A DNA stretch of 64,000 nucleotides, taken from an uncultured Chloroflexia bacterium. GTDB taxonomy: Bacteria; Chloroflexota; Chloroflexia; QHBQ01; JADMIH01. The DNA is taken from assembly GCA_963797095.1 (NCBI GenBank), contig CAWCNY010000002.1, forward strand, positions 576,001-640,000. The letters run 5' to 3'. Positions within the stretch are counted from its first letter, which is position 1. Every line of letters starts with the position of its first letter. The notes under the pieces are model-generated. The model was not told the DNA's origin and ran no database searches. It worked only from the letters and a program-made list of their open reading frames with translations. This document shows, piece by piece, positions 1 through 9,303 of the stretch. The translations under genes were made by a program, and so were the position numbers.

Positions 1-531
1 TGTGATTGGAGCTTGCCGATCTACAGGGGGTACCGGTGTAACCAGCATTTCCGGCGTCTCATTGGGCGCTGTCGTTATAGCTTCTTCAATTGCAGGTTCC
101 TCCAGTGTTGCCTGCTGCTCCTCCATCGGTGCTACAGGCATATCTTGCGGCATAGCAGGTTCTTCCACCTGCGCTACGCTCTGCACAGGTGTTCCCTGGG
201 TGTTGCCGTAGCCGAAGAGGGAGGCAAAATCGACATAGCCCCCGTCACCGCCCTGGCTATCACCCTGAGTTTCCGCTTGTGTTGGAGCCTGCCCGGATTG
301 CGGGCTTTCATCAGCTGGCGTCACATTCCATGAGAACTGTTGCTCACTTACTGCGTCCGGCTGCGACGTTTCTATTACCTGTGCTTCATTGACAACAGGC
401 TCCGGCCCGGTCGCAGTGGCTGGGGCTGTAGACGGCTGGGGCTGTGTGGGTGCGCCGCAGGTTGGGCAGAACCTGAACTGTGGCTGCAACTCGGAGCCAC
501 ATACAACGCACCGGAATGTACCATTACTCAT
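1..531 (-). CDS. Zinc-ribbon domain protein with Pro/Glu/Gln-rich low-complexity region (partial; 3' end beyond window)
   Basis: Not in the ORF track because it runs off the edge. ATG at 531 preceded by AGAGGA; translates MSNGTFRCVVCGSELQPQFRFCPTCG (two CxxC motifs) and stays open to position 1. Confidence 0.75.
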   Translation of the reverse strand, partial: MSNGTFRCVVCGSELQPQFRFCPTCGAPTQPQPSTAPATATGPEPVVNEAQVIETSQPDAVSEQQFSWNVTPADESPQSGQAPTQAETQGDSQGGDGGYVDFASLFGYGNTQGTPVQSVAQVEEPAMPQDMPVAPMEEQQATLEEPAIEEAITTAPNETPEMLVTPVPPVDRQAPIT

Positions 532-646
532 AGCGTAGTATGTCCTCTTGTAAGAGATTGTGGGGATGATACCAGCCTGATTATAGCATAAATAGCCCTC
601 GAACTTGAGGAACTTTGCATGCAGACATGGTGTATGACTCTATGCA

Positions 647-1627
647 ATGTCCACCTATGTTCTTACCGACACAACCGCGCCCGGCACTCTTGATTATCCA
701 GGTGAGTTTGCTATCCTCTGGCGGCGTTTCCGACGGCACAAGGCCGGGCTAATCGGACTGGCGATCCTATCTATCATCCTGGCTGCCAGTCTCCTCATGC
801 CTCTCCTCTCACCCTTCGACCAGAACGCGGTTAATCCGGCCGGTGCTTTCGCGCCCGCCGGTTCGGCCAACTCTCTAAATGGACATATCCACTGGCTTGG
901 CACTGATTATCTGGGCAGGGATACCTTTACCCGCCTCTTCAATGCCGGGCGTGTGTCTCTCCTCATGGCTCTGTTGGCTACATTCGCCATCCTCGTTGTA
1001 GGTCTGCTGATTGGCTCTGCGGCGGGCTATTTAGGCGGTTGGGTAGACGCCTTTCTCATGCGCCTCACCGATTTCATGCTGGCTCTTCCCCTCCTCCCTA
1101 TGTATATCTTCGCCCTCAAGTTAGTGCGGTCGCTCCCGGCCCTGGTGCGATTTTCCCAGGAGCACGAGATCCTCTGGACCCTGGGCAGCATAGCCGGTGT
1201 GTTCGTGCTGTTCGGTTGGATGGGTTTAGCACGTTTAGTGCGTGGCTCTATCCTATCGATTCGCACGCTAGATTATGTGGAAGCCGCCCGCGCGCTCGGT
1301 GCGGGTGGTCAGCGTATCGTCTTCCGCCATCTCTTGCCCAATGCTGCGGGACCTGTACTGGTGGCTGCTACTTTCGCGGCTGGCGACTTCATCATCCTGG
1401 AGGCGGTCCTATCCTACTTCGGCCTCGGTGTCTACGAATATTCGGCCCCATCCTGGGGCAACATGTTGGCGGGCGTGCAGAACTACGTCTGGTACGTGGC
1501 GAACCTCAACCCCTTCCAGGAAATACGCGGCTACCTGATCTTCCTGCCAACTCTGATGATCCTGGGCAGCGTCCTCTCCCTGAACTACATAGGCGACGCC
1601 CTGAGACACACGATTGATCGGCAATGA
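647..1627 (+). CDS. Oligopeptide/dipeptide ABC transporter permease (OppC/DppC type)
   Basis: WRRFRRHK N-terminus, HWLGTDYLGRD, EAA loop YVEAARALGA...RHLLPN, PSWGNML. Confidence 0.93.
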   Translation: MSTYVLTDTTAPGTLDYPGEFAILWRRFRRHKAGLIGLAILSIILAASLLMPLLSPFDQNAVNPAGAFAPAGSANSLNGHIHWLGTDYLGRDTFTRLFNAGRVSLLMALLATFAILVVGLLIGSAAGYLGGWVDAFLMRLTDFMLALPLLPMYIFALKLVRSLPALVRFSQEHEILWTLGSIAGVFVLFGWMGLARLVRGSILSIRTLDYVEAARALGAGGQRIVFRHLLPNAAGPVLVAATFAAGDFIILEAVLSYFGLGVYEYSAPSWGNMLAGVQNYVWYVANLNPFQEIRGYLIFLPTLMILGSVLSLNYIGDALRHTIDRQ

Positions 1628-1707
1628 GGCCGATAGACGACGATTGCAGTTGCTGGATCCAATCTCCGACTACCGACTACCGGCTTCTATCATTTCGGTG
1701 ACCAACA

Positions 1708-2874
1708 ATGACCCTTTACCTCGTCCGCCGGGTGGCACAAAGTCTAGGCTTTATACTGATCGCATGGCTGGTCGTTTACACCGGCCTGGTGTTGCTCATG
1801 CCGGGCGGGCCTGGGCAAAACTACTCCGGCATCATCAAAGGCGATGGCAGCGTCGTCCCCAGGTTCCGGGGCGAAGATACCTACCTGGCTTTCAGGTACA
1901 AAGTCGATAGACCCTGGCCGCTCAACTACCTCCTCTGGCTGTTCGACTCGAACGACACGGTTCAGTTTGTCAACGACGACTACGGCAACACCTACCAGGT
2001 CCCCAAGGGGATTGACATCCAGCTAGGGAGCCTTCGCATCAAAGGCTCCGGTTTTCTGACCGGCGATCTGGGCTACACCGACTCGCTTGGCCGCGATGGC
2101 CCTGTCAGTGAGATGCTTGGCACTCGGTGGGGCAATACCGCCTGGCTCCTGATCGGTTCGTTGTTTTTAGCAATCCCAACCGCGCTCGTGCTTGGCATCC
2201 TGGGTGCTCTCCGGCAAAGGTCGCGGCTCGACCATGCTCTTACCTTCTTCTCCTTTGTGGGCTTCTCCATCCCGCCTTATATGCTGGGCGTGTTCCTCGT
2301 GATCGGCTTCGCGGTCCTTCCTTACCTATGGCACCAACAATACAATTGGTCCTGGCTCCCCTACCTGCCAGCCGGTTATGCGACCGATGCCGACCAGGAC
2401 GGCAACCTCCCCAACAGGCTCTATCATCTGGTGCTGCCTGCCCTTACGCTTGCCCTGCCGCAGATTGCCTACCTTTCTCGCTATGTGCGTTCCTCGATGC
2501 TGGAAGTGCTGAAGCAAGACTATATAAGGACTGCCTGGGCCAAGGGTCTGAAAGCGCGGCGAGTGGTGCTCAAACACGCTCTTCGCAATGCCCTTATTCC
2601 CCTCATTACCATGATAGGTGTCCTGGTACCCGGGCTGGCCGGTGGTGCGATTCTCATCGAGACTGTCTTCAGTTACAGCGGTATGGGCCAGCTTTATTTC
2701 CGTGCCCTGGGCGGTTGCGTGGTCGAGACGCAACCCTGCCCACCCACCGGTTACGCGATTGATTACCCTCTTACCCTCACCCTCACCTTCATCCTTATTG
2801 TGGTGGTGGCTTTCTCCAACCTGATAGCCGACCTGCTCTATACGGTAGTCGATCCGCGGATCAGGTACGACTAA
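1708..2874 (+). CDS. Oligopeptide/dipeptide ABC transporter permease (OppB/DppB type)
   Basis: YLVRR start, GDLG, RSSMLEVLKQDYIRTAWAKGL...HALRNA, C-terminal NLIADLLYTVVDPRIRY. Confidence 0.93.
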   Translation: MTLYLVRRVAQSLGFILIAWLVVYTGLVLLMPGGPGQNYSGIIKGDGSVVPRFRGEDTYLAFRYKVDRPWPLNYLLWLFDSNDTVQFVNDDYGNTYQVPKGIDIQLGSLRIKGSGFLTGDLGYTDSLGRDGPVSEMLGTRWGNTAWLLIGSLFLAIPTALVLGILGALRQRSRLDHALTFFSFVGFSIPPYMLGVFLVIGFAVLPYLWHQQYNWSWLPYLPAGYATDADQDGNLPNRLYHLVLPALTLALPQIAYLSRYVRSSMLEVLKQDYIRTAWAKGLKARRVVLKHALRNALIPLITMIGVLVPGLAGGAILIETVFSYSGMGQLYFRALGGCVVETQPCPPTGYAIDYPLTLTLTFILIVVVAFSNLIADLLYTVVDPRIRYD

Positions 2875-2959
2875 CCGACCACTCCCTTCCCTCTTCACAA
2901 CTAGAAGCCGTAGCGGCACGTGCATGGGTGCGGCTTCAGCCGCAACCGGGTCAACGAGG

Positions 2960-2997
2960 AATGGAAACAGTGGGCAGCGCTGCCCACTGTTTCCATT
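2960..2997. terminator. Perfect 38-bp palindrome between convergent genes; probable bidirectional terminator
   Basis: AATGGAAACAGTGGGCAGC|GCTGCCCACTGTTTCCATT lies between the stop codons at 2874 (+) and 3021 (-). Confidence 0.65.
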
Positions 2998-3020
2998 TCA
3001 AAGAGCTTGTGAAGCGTAGA

Positions 3021-4250
3021 TCAGTTTGCCTCTTCGAGCATCGTTTTGACCAGCGCGAAGTGTCCCCGATGGTGTGCCTGGAAAGTCGTTATCCAGACGG
3101 CTACCTGGTAGAACATGTGCTTTCGCGCCACGGCGTCCGGGCGTAGTTGCTCTATGGCCGCGACCACTTCAGCCTGGGCGTTCTTTAGCTCCTGTACCAT
3201 ATCGTTGATAGTCGGGTGGGCCGCCACTATCGATTGGACGCGCACATTGTCGTTCGAGTGGAACACCTGCTGAACGTCGCTATCCTCTGCAATAGAGGCT
3301 ATCCACGTATGTACGTCGCGCTCGGAGGCCACCAGGTGCGCCAGGATCTCCTTTGAGTTCCACTCCTCGGGGGCCGGTCTGTAGTCTGCTTGCTTCTCGG
3401 TTGCTCCCATGAAGAGTTGATCCAGTTCTTCGTTGGTCTCTGCGTAGAGTTCACGGGCATGGTCAGCCAATGCCCATGCTGTTTCGGGTAGCTCAGGGTT
3501 GGCTCTCGCTGTAAGCTGCACCGGCAGGACGACCTTCTCACCGTCTCGGTACAACTCGGCTTCGATTGTGTCGCCTGCCCTGTGTTTGCCCAGCGCCTGG
3601 CCGACATCGGGGAATGTGACCAAAGGCATGCCCGCCAACCTCACCAGAACATCGCCCTCCTGTATCCCCGCTTTCTCCGCTCCCATCCCTTCTACGAGGC
3701 CGGTCAGGCGTATGCCCTCGCGGACGGGCAGGTTATGCTTGGCGGCAAGATCATCATCCACGATCTCGGCCCCGTTCATGCCGAACATCGGGCGGCGCGC
3801 TATGCGCTGGTCGATGCCTGTCGCGAGCATTCCTTCGAGATTCTCCAGGCCCTCGGTCCAGTCGCGCTTCGCTTCGTCAAGCCAATCCCGGCTCGCACCG
3901 GGTGCGCTGTGCGTCACCCGCACGGTCGATCTACCCTGCTCGTTTCCCTCTATCTCCACCGTCACCACCGAGGTGTTCTGCTCAACTTCGGCTCGCCAGG
4001 TGAAAGCGAGCAGCACATTCTTCTCCACCCTGGTGAACTTGCCCGCTGTATGGTAGCCGCTATTCCAGGCCAGGTAGATGCGCCCTCCCACTCTGGGATC
4101 TACCTGTGAGCTATTGCAGAACCAGTCTCGCAAAGCCTGGGGTGTGACAAACGCTCGATATACGTCGGCAGGTGGGGCGCTAATAGTCCTTTCAACTGTA
4201 ACACTGTTCGTTTCGGTCTGTGCTCTTTCTTCACTGGTAATCATGTCCAT
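3021..4250 (-). CDS. SRPBCC (AHSA1/START-like)-PDZ-DinB-like fusion protein
   Basis: N-terminal ERTISAPPADVYRAF...W (SRPBCC); middle GMGAEKAGIQEGDVLVRL (PDZ); C-terminal EWNSKEILAHL...HHRGH (DinB). Start set at the ATG after GGAGG. Confidence 0.8.
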   Translation of the reverse strand: MDMITSEERAQTETNSVTVERTISAPPADVYRAFVTPQALRDWFCNSSQVDPRVGGRIYLAWNSGYHTAGKFTRVEKNVLLAFTWRAEVEQNTSVVTVEIEGNEQGRSTVRVTHSAPGASRDWLDEAKRDWTEGLENLEGMLATGIDQRIARRPMFGMNGAEIVDDDLAAKHNLPVREGIRLTGLVEGMGAEKAGIQEGDVLVRLAGMPLVTFPDVGQALGKHRAGDTIEAELYRDGEKVVLPVQLTARANPELPETAWALADHARELYAETNEELDQLFMGATEKQADYRPAPEEWNSKEILAHLVASERDVHTWIASIAEDSDVQQVFHSNDNVRVQSIVAAHPTINDMVQELKNAQAEVVAAIEQLRPDAVARKHMFYQVAVWITTFQAHHRGHFALVKTMLEEAN

Positions 4251-4474
4251 CCTCCACACAATGATCGCCCCGCGCACGGATACGCCAGCCTGGGTGCATT
4301 GTTGGCAGGCCACAGGGTTCTATAAATAAGAACAATATCTAATCAACTCAGGTTCACAGTGCTATCTCCTTTTAGCACTATCTTTCTTTCATCAGCAGGC
4401 TTGCAAAGGTCATTACCTTGTTGTATGTATAGACTGTCCAGGCAGAGCGTAGCCTGGGCAAAGGAGCAACGGAC

Positions 4475-5077
4475 ATGAGGATAGGCATACTTGGCGCTGG
4501 CAACATAGGCGGTACGCTTGGCCGGAAGTGGGCGCAGGCAGGGCACCGGGTTATGTTTGGAGTGCGCGCCCCCGACAGCGAGGAAATCCAACAACTGATC
4601 CAGGCGGTTGGAGGCCAGGCACACGCAGGCAGCGTGTCGGAGGCCGTGGCGTTCGGCGAGGTGGTGCTGATTGCTGTGCCTGCCGCCGCCGTGCGCGAGG
4701 TGATACGGGAGGGGCGCGATTGGGCGGGCAAACTCGTGATCGACGCTACGAACCGCTTCAACCCTCCTACGCTATCGCTGACCGAGGAGATAAGCAATTG
4801 GGCGGAGGGTGCCCGCCTGGTGAAGGCGTTCAACACGGCAGGGTTCGAGATACTTGAAGACCCTGAGTTTGGCGATATGCGCGCCGATACCTTCATTTGC
4901 GGCGACGATGCCGAGGCCAAAGAAGTAGTTACAAAGCTCGCCCAGGAGATCGGGATGGATGTGGTCGATGGGGGGCCTCTCTCCTCCGCGTTCATGCTCG
5001 ATTCGCTCTCCAGGCTCTGGATACAACTTTCCAGGAGCATCGGGCGCGATCATGCCTTCAAATTGCTCACCCGCTGA
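4475..5077 (+). CDS. NADPH-dependent F420 reductase-family / NAD(P)-binding oxidoreductase
   Basis: Rossmann motif GILGAGNIG, VIDATN, LVKAFNT, FICGDD. Confidence 0.88.
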   Translation: MRIGILGAGNIGGTLGRKWAQAGHRVMFGVRAPDSEEIQQLIQAVGGQAHAGSVSEAVAFGEVVLIAVPAAAVREVIREGRDWAGKLVIDATNRFNPPTLSLTEEISNWAEGARLVKAFNTAGFEILEDPEFGDMRADTFICGDDAEAKEVVTKLAQEIGMDVVDGGPLSSAFMLDSLSRLWIQLSRSIGRDHAFKLLTR

Positions 5078-5091
5078 CCGTTCGTCGTTCG

Positions 5092-5270
5092 TAAATGTGG
5101 ATCTTTGGCTATTTTCCTCTCCTATTTTGAGTCTGCTTTTGTGAGGCGTTTAGATTTGCCCTCATTAACTTAAAGGCATTGGTGGGACAAAACGGGACAG
5201 TTTTTGGGGTGTACTTAAGCACAGTTTTTGGGTCCTTGTTAGCTCTTTTCTGGTATAGTAGGGGTTAAAG
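5092..5270 (-). repeat. Dispersed ~180-bp repeat family B, copy 1
   Basis: Reverse complement aligns to 51775-51950; core AAAACTGTnnnnAAGTACACCnCAAAAnCTGTCCCGTTTTnTCCCAC. Confidence 0.7.
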
Positions 5271-5350
5271 CGTGGGTTTTCTGCCTGTGCTCAAGAACCG
5301 GCCAGTACGCGATATGTTCGTGTAAGAACTCAACGAGGAGTCAGTCTCGA

Positions 5351-7459
5351 ATGCTCACAAGCAAATCAGTTGCCGCCGGGTGGCGGCCTCTCTCTGCCCC
5401 TGCCGACAAAGCCCAACCCACCACCGAATGGTGGCTCTCGATCCTGGAGCGCGCCCTCATTTCACGCGCTATGGACGACCTGGAAGTCACCAAAGAGTTC
5501 CGCCCCAACCCTGACAAGCCGCTCGAAGGCCGCCTGAAGTTCCAGTTCGGCGCGAAGGGTCACGAAATACCGCAGCTTATAGCTGCCTCACTTCTGGATC
5601 ACCGACACGATGGCGCGACCGTCTATTACCGCTCGCGTCCCCTGATGCTGGGCGTGGGGCTGTCGCCTTTCGAGGCGTTCGCCAGCAATATGCACAAGCT
5701 GGAGGGCGTGTCGGGCGGGCGCGATATCGGGGTGGTGTTCAACCACAAGCAGCCGGACGGAGTGACGGTGCTGCCCGCTTCGGGCGATGTTGGCGCGCAG
5801 TTCACTCCGGCCATTGGGTGGGCGCAGGGCGTGCAATATCGCGCCGAGAGCATGGGCGAGGATGAGTACCGGGGTGCGGTGGCTCTTGTCCACGCGGGCG
5901 ACGGCGCGACGGCCACCAACGGGTTCTGGAGCGCCCTCAATATAGCCGCCCAGCACGGCCTCCCCTATATTATGCTGATCGAGGACAACCAGTACGCGCT
6001 ATCGGTGCCGTGGCGCTACCAGACCGCCGCGCCCTCGGTGGTGGAAAACCTGGCTAACTTCAAGGGAGTGCACATTCAATCTATTGAAGGCGGCGATATA
6101 CCTGCCCTGTATGAAGCGATCCGAAGCGCGGTAGCAGGAGCGCGAGGTGGCGAAGGTCCGCAGATGGTACATGTGAAGGTGCCCCGGCTTACGGGCCACA
6201 ACTGGCAGGACCCGGCGGCCTACAAGAGCGCCGAGGAAAAAGCAGAAGATGCACGCCGCGATCCGCTGGCCCGGTTGATCGCCTGGCTGCAAGAGGAACG
6301 GGGCATATCTGCCGCTCAGATCGAGGAGATGCAGGAGCGCGCCACCACCTTCGCACGCGAGCAGGCCGACGCAGCCTGGACGGAGGGGCACGACCCGGAG
6401 GGATCGGACGCTCTAAATTACGTGTTTGCTCCGGCCCGTGCTATTCCGGAGATAGAGCCTGTGAAGGAGGGGCCACGCCTTACCATGCAGCAGGCGATCC
6501 TCAAGACCCTCGATGATGAGATGGCGCACGATCCCAAAATGCTGGTGTTCGGGGAGGATGTGGGCGCGTTCGGCGGTGTGCATCGCGTGACCGATGGTTT
6601 GCAGGCCAAGTACGGCGAGGACCGCTGCTTCGATACCAGTCTGAACGAAGAAGGGATCGTCGGCAGGTCGGTCGGGATGTCGGCGTGTGGGCTGCGGCCT
6701 GTGCCTGAAATCCAGTTCCGTAAATATGCCGACCCCGCGCACGAGCAGATCACCGACGCAGGGAGCATCAGGTGGCGCACGCATGGGCGCTTTGGAGGGC
6801 CAATTGTGCTGCGCATCCCGGTTGGCTACCAGCTTATGGGAGGCGACCCGTGGCATGCGGTGTGCGGCGAGGCGGTGTTCGCGCACCTTCCCGGCTGGCA
6901 GATCGCTTATCCATCGTCTGTGACAGATACGGTTGGTTTGCTCAGGACTGCTTTGCGCGGCGACAACCCGGTGATGTTCCTGGAGCACAGGTTGCTCTAT
7001 AGATACAGGGAGGCGAACGCGCCCTACCCTGGCCCCGACTATATGCTGCCATTCGGCAAGGCCGCCAAAGTGCGCGATGGCGATGATGCTTTGATAGTCA
7101 CCTGGGGCGACACGGTTTACCGCTCGATAGAGGCGGCGAACGCGGTTGCGCAGAGCACGGGAGCCGAGACTCGCATCCTCGATCTACGCACAGTGGTGCC
7201 GTGGGACAGAGAGGCGGTAATGAGTGCCGTGAAAGAGATAGGCAGAGTGATGGTAGTGCACGAAGACATGATGACATGTGGCTTTGGGGCCGAGATCGCC
7301 GCCCAGGTAGCCGATGAAGCCTTCGCTTATCTCGATGCGCCCGTCAAGCGCGTGGCCTGCGCGGATGTGCCCTCACCCACACATCACCACCTGTTCGATG
7401 CTGTGATGCCCACCGTCGAGAGGATTCAGAAAGCGTTGGAGGAATTGGTGAGGTTCTGA
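5351..7459 (+). CDS. 2-oxoacid (probably branched-chain) dehydrogenase E1, fused alpha-beta subunit
   Basis: TPP motif GDGA...EDN; beta part VFGEDVG..GGV.RVT, DTSLNEEGIVG, PEIQF, DLRTVVPWD. Confidence 0.9.
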   Translation: MLTSKSVAAGWRPLSAPADKAQPTTEWWLSILERALISRAMDDLEVTKEFRPNPDKPLEGRLKFQFGAKGHEIPQLIAASLLDHRHDGATVYYRSRPLMLGVGLSPFEAFASNMHKLEGVSGGRDIGVVFNHKQPDGVTVLPASGDVGAQFTPAIGWAQGVQYRAESMGEDEYRGAVALVHAGDGATATNGFWSALNIAAQHGLPYIMLIEDNQYALSVPWRYQTAAPSVVENLANFKGVHIQSIEGGDIPALYEAIRSAVAGARGGEGPQMVHVKVPRLTGHNWQDPAAYKSAEEKAEDARRDPLARLIAWLQEERGISAAQIEEMQERATTFAREQADAAWTEGHDPEGSDALNYVFAPARAIPEIEPVKEGPRLTMQQAILKTLDDEMAHDPKMLVFGEDVGAFGGVHRVTDGLQAKYGEDRCFDTSLNEEGIVGRSVGMSACGLRPVPEIQFRKYADPAHEQITDAGSIRWRTHGRFGGPIVLRIPVGYQLMGGDPWHAVCGEAVFAHLPGWQIAYPSSVTDTVGLLRTALRGDNPVMFLEHRLLYRYREANAPYPGPDYMLPFGKAAKVRDGDDALIVTWGDTVYRSIEAANAVAQSTGAETRILDLRTVVPWDREAVMSAVKEIGRVMVVHEDMMTCGFGAEIAAQVADEAFAYLDAPVKRVACADVPSPTHHHLFDAVMPTVERIQKALEELVRF

Positions 7460-7466
7460 GTCTAGT

Positions 7467-7877
7467 CTAGAGTGCTTGTAGATTGGCCCCTATCCAGCCC
7501 GCGAAGGCTTCCACTACATCGCTTTCGCGGTCATTTTGTGAGAGCACAGCAACAAGGCGTTTACCGAACTCTCCGGCTTGGCTCTTGACGAGATAGCCAT
7601 TCAGTTGCAGAAAGACAATACCGGCGGCGAAAGCGATCCTTTTATTGCCATCGACAAATGGGTGGGCCTGGGCGATGCCCAAAATCAGGAGCGCTGCCTG
7701 TTTGGAGAGGCTTGCCTGATCATAGTGCGCCGCCATCTGTGGGCGTATCATGGCACTCTCCAGCAGTTCTTCGCCTCTGTCTCTTAGTAGAGATTCCTGC
7801 CCGAAACGCTCCATTATCTCTTCGTACATGGCTAGCACGTCCAGTTTGCTCAAGTAACGTATCGTTGGCTCAGGCAT
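7467..7877 (-). CDS. Doc (death-on-curing) family Fic toxin
   Basis: LLESAMIRP and Doc-type Fic motif HPFVDGNKR; directly downstream of an AbrB-type gene. Confidence 0.9.
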   Translation of the reverse strand: MPEPTIRYLSKLDVLAMYEEIMERFGQESLLRDRGEELLESAMIRPQMAAHYDQASLSKQAALLILGIAQAHPFVDGNKRIAFAAGIVFLQLNGYLVKSQAGEFGKRLVAVLSQNDRESDVVEAFAGWIGANLQAL

Positions 7878-7891
7878 AATTCTGGTCGCCC

Positions 7892-8107
7892 CTAGTTCTT
7901 CGCCAGGTAATCATAGTCTTCGGGGTAGAGCTCCATCGAACGCTCGAATGCCGCGCGTACCTCGGGATCCATTTGTACTTTGTAGGTGACCTTACGCACC
8001 TCCAGGGCCACAGCATCGCCCTCCTGAATGGATTGGCTTTCTATCACTTCGCGTGGGATCGTGACCACGTAGCTGTTGCCGACCTTACGCACTTTTTGTA
8101 TCTGCAT
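7892..8107 (-). CDS. AbrB/MazE-family antitoxin
   Basis: KVRKVGNSYVVTIP swapped-hairpin signature, 71 aa, GGAGGA RBS. Confidence 0.9.
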   Translation of the reverse strand: MQIQKVRKVGNSYVVTIPREVIESQSIQEGDAVALEVRKVTYKVQMDPEVRAAFERSMELYPEDYDYLAKN

Positions 8108-8125
8108 TGTTCCTCCGGAATGGTT

Positions 8126-8151
8126 GTATATACTTCACATACAGTATATAC
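8126..8151 (-). promoter_or_regulatory. Inverted-repeat operator overlapping the TA promoter -10 box
   Basis: GTATATACT-N8-AGTATATAC, containing TATACT on the minus strand just upstream of the antitoxin RBS. Confidence 0.6.
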
Positions 8152-8334
8152 GATACGCATCCTGTTTCGCAACGGACCCTGTCGTATGTTGTATAACTCA
8201 AAACCCATGTTCACGACAGTATGGTAGGAAGCCCCCATGCGGTTTGTCATCCTGAACAAAGTGAAGGATGACAACGCTCAACCTGGAAGGTCGTTCTTTC
8301 TCATCTATATGAACGATGCATCTATGGAACGCGA

Positions 8335-8362
8335 AGAGGGAGGCCCGCGACGGGCCTCCCTC
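8335..8362 (-). terminator. GC-rich hairpin downstream of SIMPL gene
   Basis: GAGGGAGGCCC-GCGAC-GGGCCTCCCTC. Confidence 0.6.
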
Positions 8363-8383
8363 ATGTTGTTTGCGTTTATCTGG

Positions 8384-9160
8384 TTACTTGCTTGCTGCTT
8401 CGTAGGTCACTACCAGGCTGGTGGTGATGGTCTGCTGGCCGGGGGCTATGGTGCTTCCACCGCCGCCCATGCCTTCCTTGGTGGCTACAGGGTAGTAGGG
8501 GGTGCTGGAGACCTCGCTTACGCTTACGATCTTGCCGAGTGTGAGGTTGGAGAGAGCGGCGATCTTATCGGCGCGGTCCTGGGCGTCCTTTATCGCGCCA
8601 TCATATGCCTGCTTGCTCGCGTCGTTGAAGCTGGATACTGTGTAATAGGTGCTGTAGATGGTATTCGCGCCCGCGCTCGTCAGCGCGTCGATCACAGCCG
8701 GGGCCTGCGAGGGGTCGCGGAAGGTGATGTCATAGAGGTAGGTGACGCGGAACCCAACGAGCGTGCCGGTCGAGACCTTGGAGTTGTTGTAATCCATCAC
8801 AGGCTCGACATTATACTGGGAGGTGGCGTAGTCCTTCTCGTCGATGCCCATCTCCTGCAGCTTCTGGATCATGGCGGTAGTCACGCTGTCGACCGACGCC
8901 TGGGCAGCCGCTACGGTGTCTTCCTGTGCCGACACGCCTATGGTTATCTTCAACACGTCGGGCTTGACGCTGATGCTGCCTGTGCCCACCACCGTAATCT
9001 GTTGCGGAGTGCCTGTGCTTCCCGATTGGTTCTCGCTCTGGGCAGATGCGGGTTGAGCACCGCGAGCCAGCATCCAGGCTCCGAAAAGGGAACCCAGAAC
9101 GAGCAGCACCGAAAGGGCCGCGCTTGCGATAATGATTGTCTTACTGTTACCCGCTTTCAC
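8384..9160 (-). CDS. SIMPL (DUF541) domain exported protein
   Basis: N-terminal TM/signal; ITVVGTGSISVKPD, AIKDAQDRADKIA...LGKIVSVSE, IAPGQQTI...V.VTY. Confidence 0.88.
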   Translation of the reverse strand: MKAGNSKTIIIASAALSVLLVLGSLFGAWMLARGAQPASAQSENQSGSTGTPQQITVVGTGSISVKPDVLKITIGVSAQEDTVAAAQASVDSVTTAMIQKLQEMGIDEKDYATSQYNVEPVMDYNNSKVSTGTLVGFRVTYLYDITFRDPSQAPAVIDALTSAGANTIYSTYYTVSSFNDASKQAYDGAIKDAQDRADKIAALSNLTLGKIVSVSEVSSTPYYPVATKEGMGGGGSTIAPGQQTITTSLVVTYEAASK

Positions 9161-9228
9161 TTGATCTTCCTCCGTTCCTATGGTTGAATGTGATACGTCT
9201 TTGGGAATTGTTGCCGCCTCTATTTCTC

Positions 9229-9255
9229 AAACGCCGGGATATCCGGATAAGTTCC
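9229..9255 (-). promoter_or_regulatory. Putative ECF-sigma promoter for the SIMPL gene
   Basis: Minus strand GGAACT-N16-CGTTT, matching the generic ECF AAC/CGT consensus. Confidence 0.45.
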
Positions 9256-9303
9256 ACAAGACGGTAATCGAAAATTAAGATAGCATGGACCTAAGGAGGG
9301 GGC

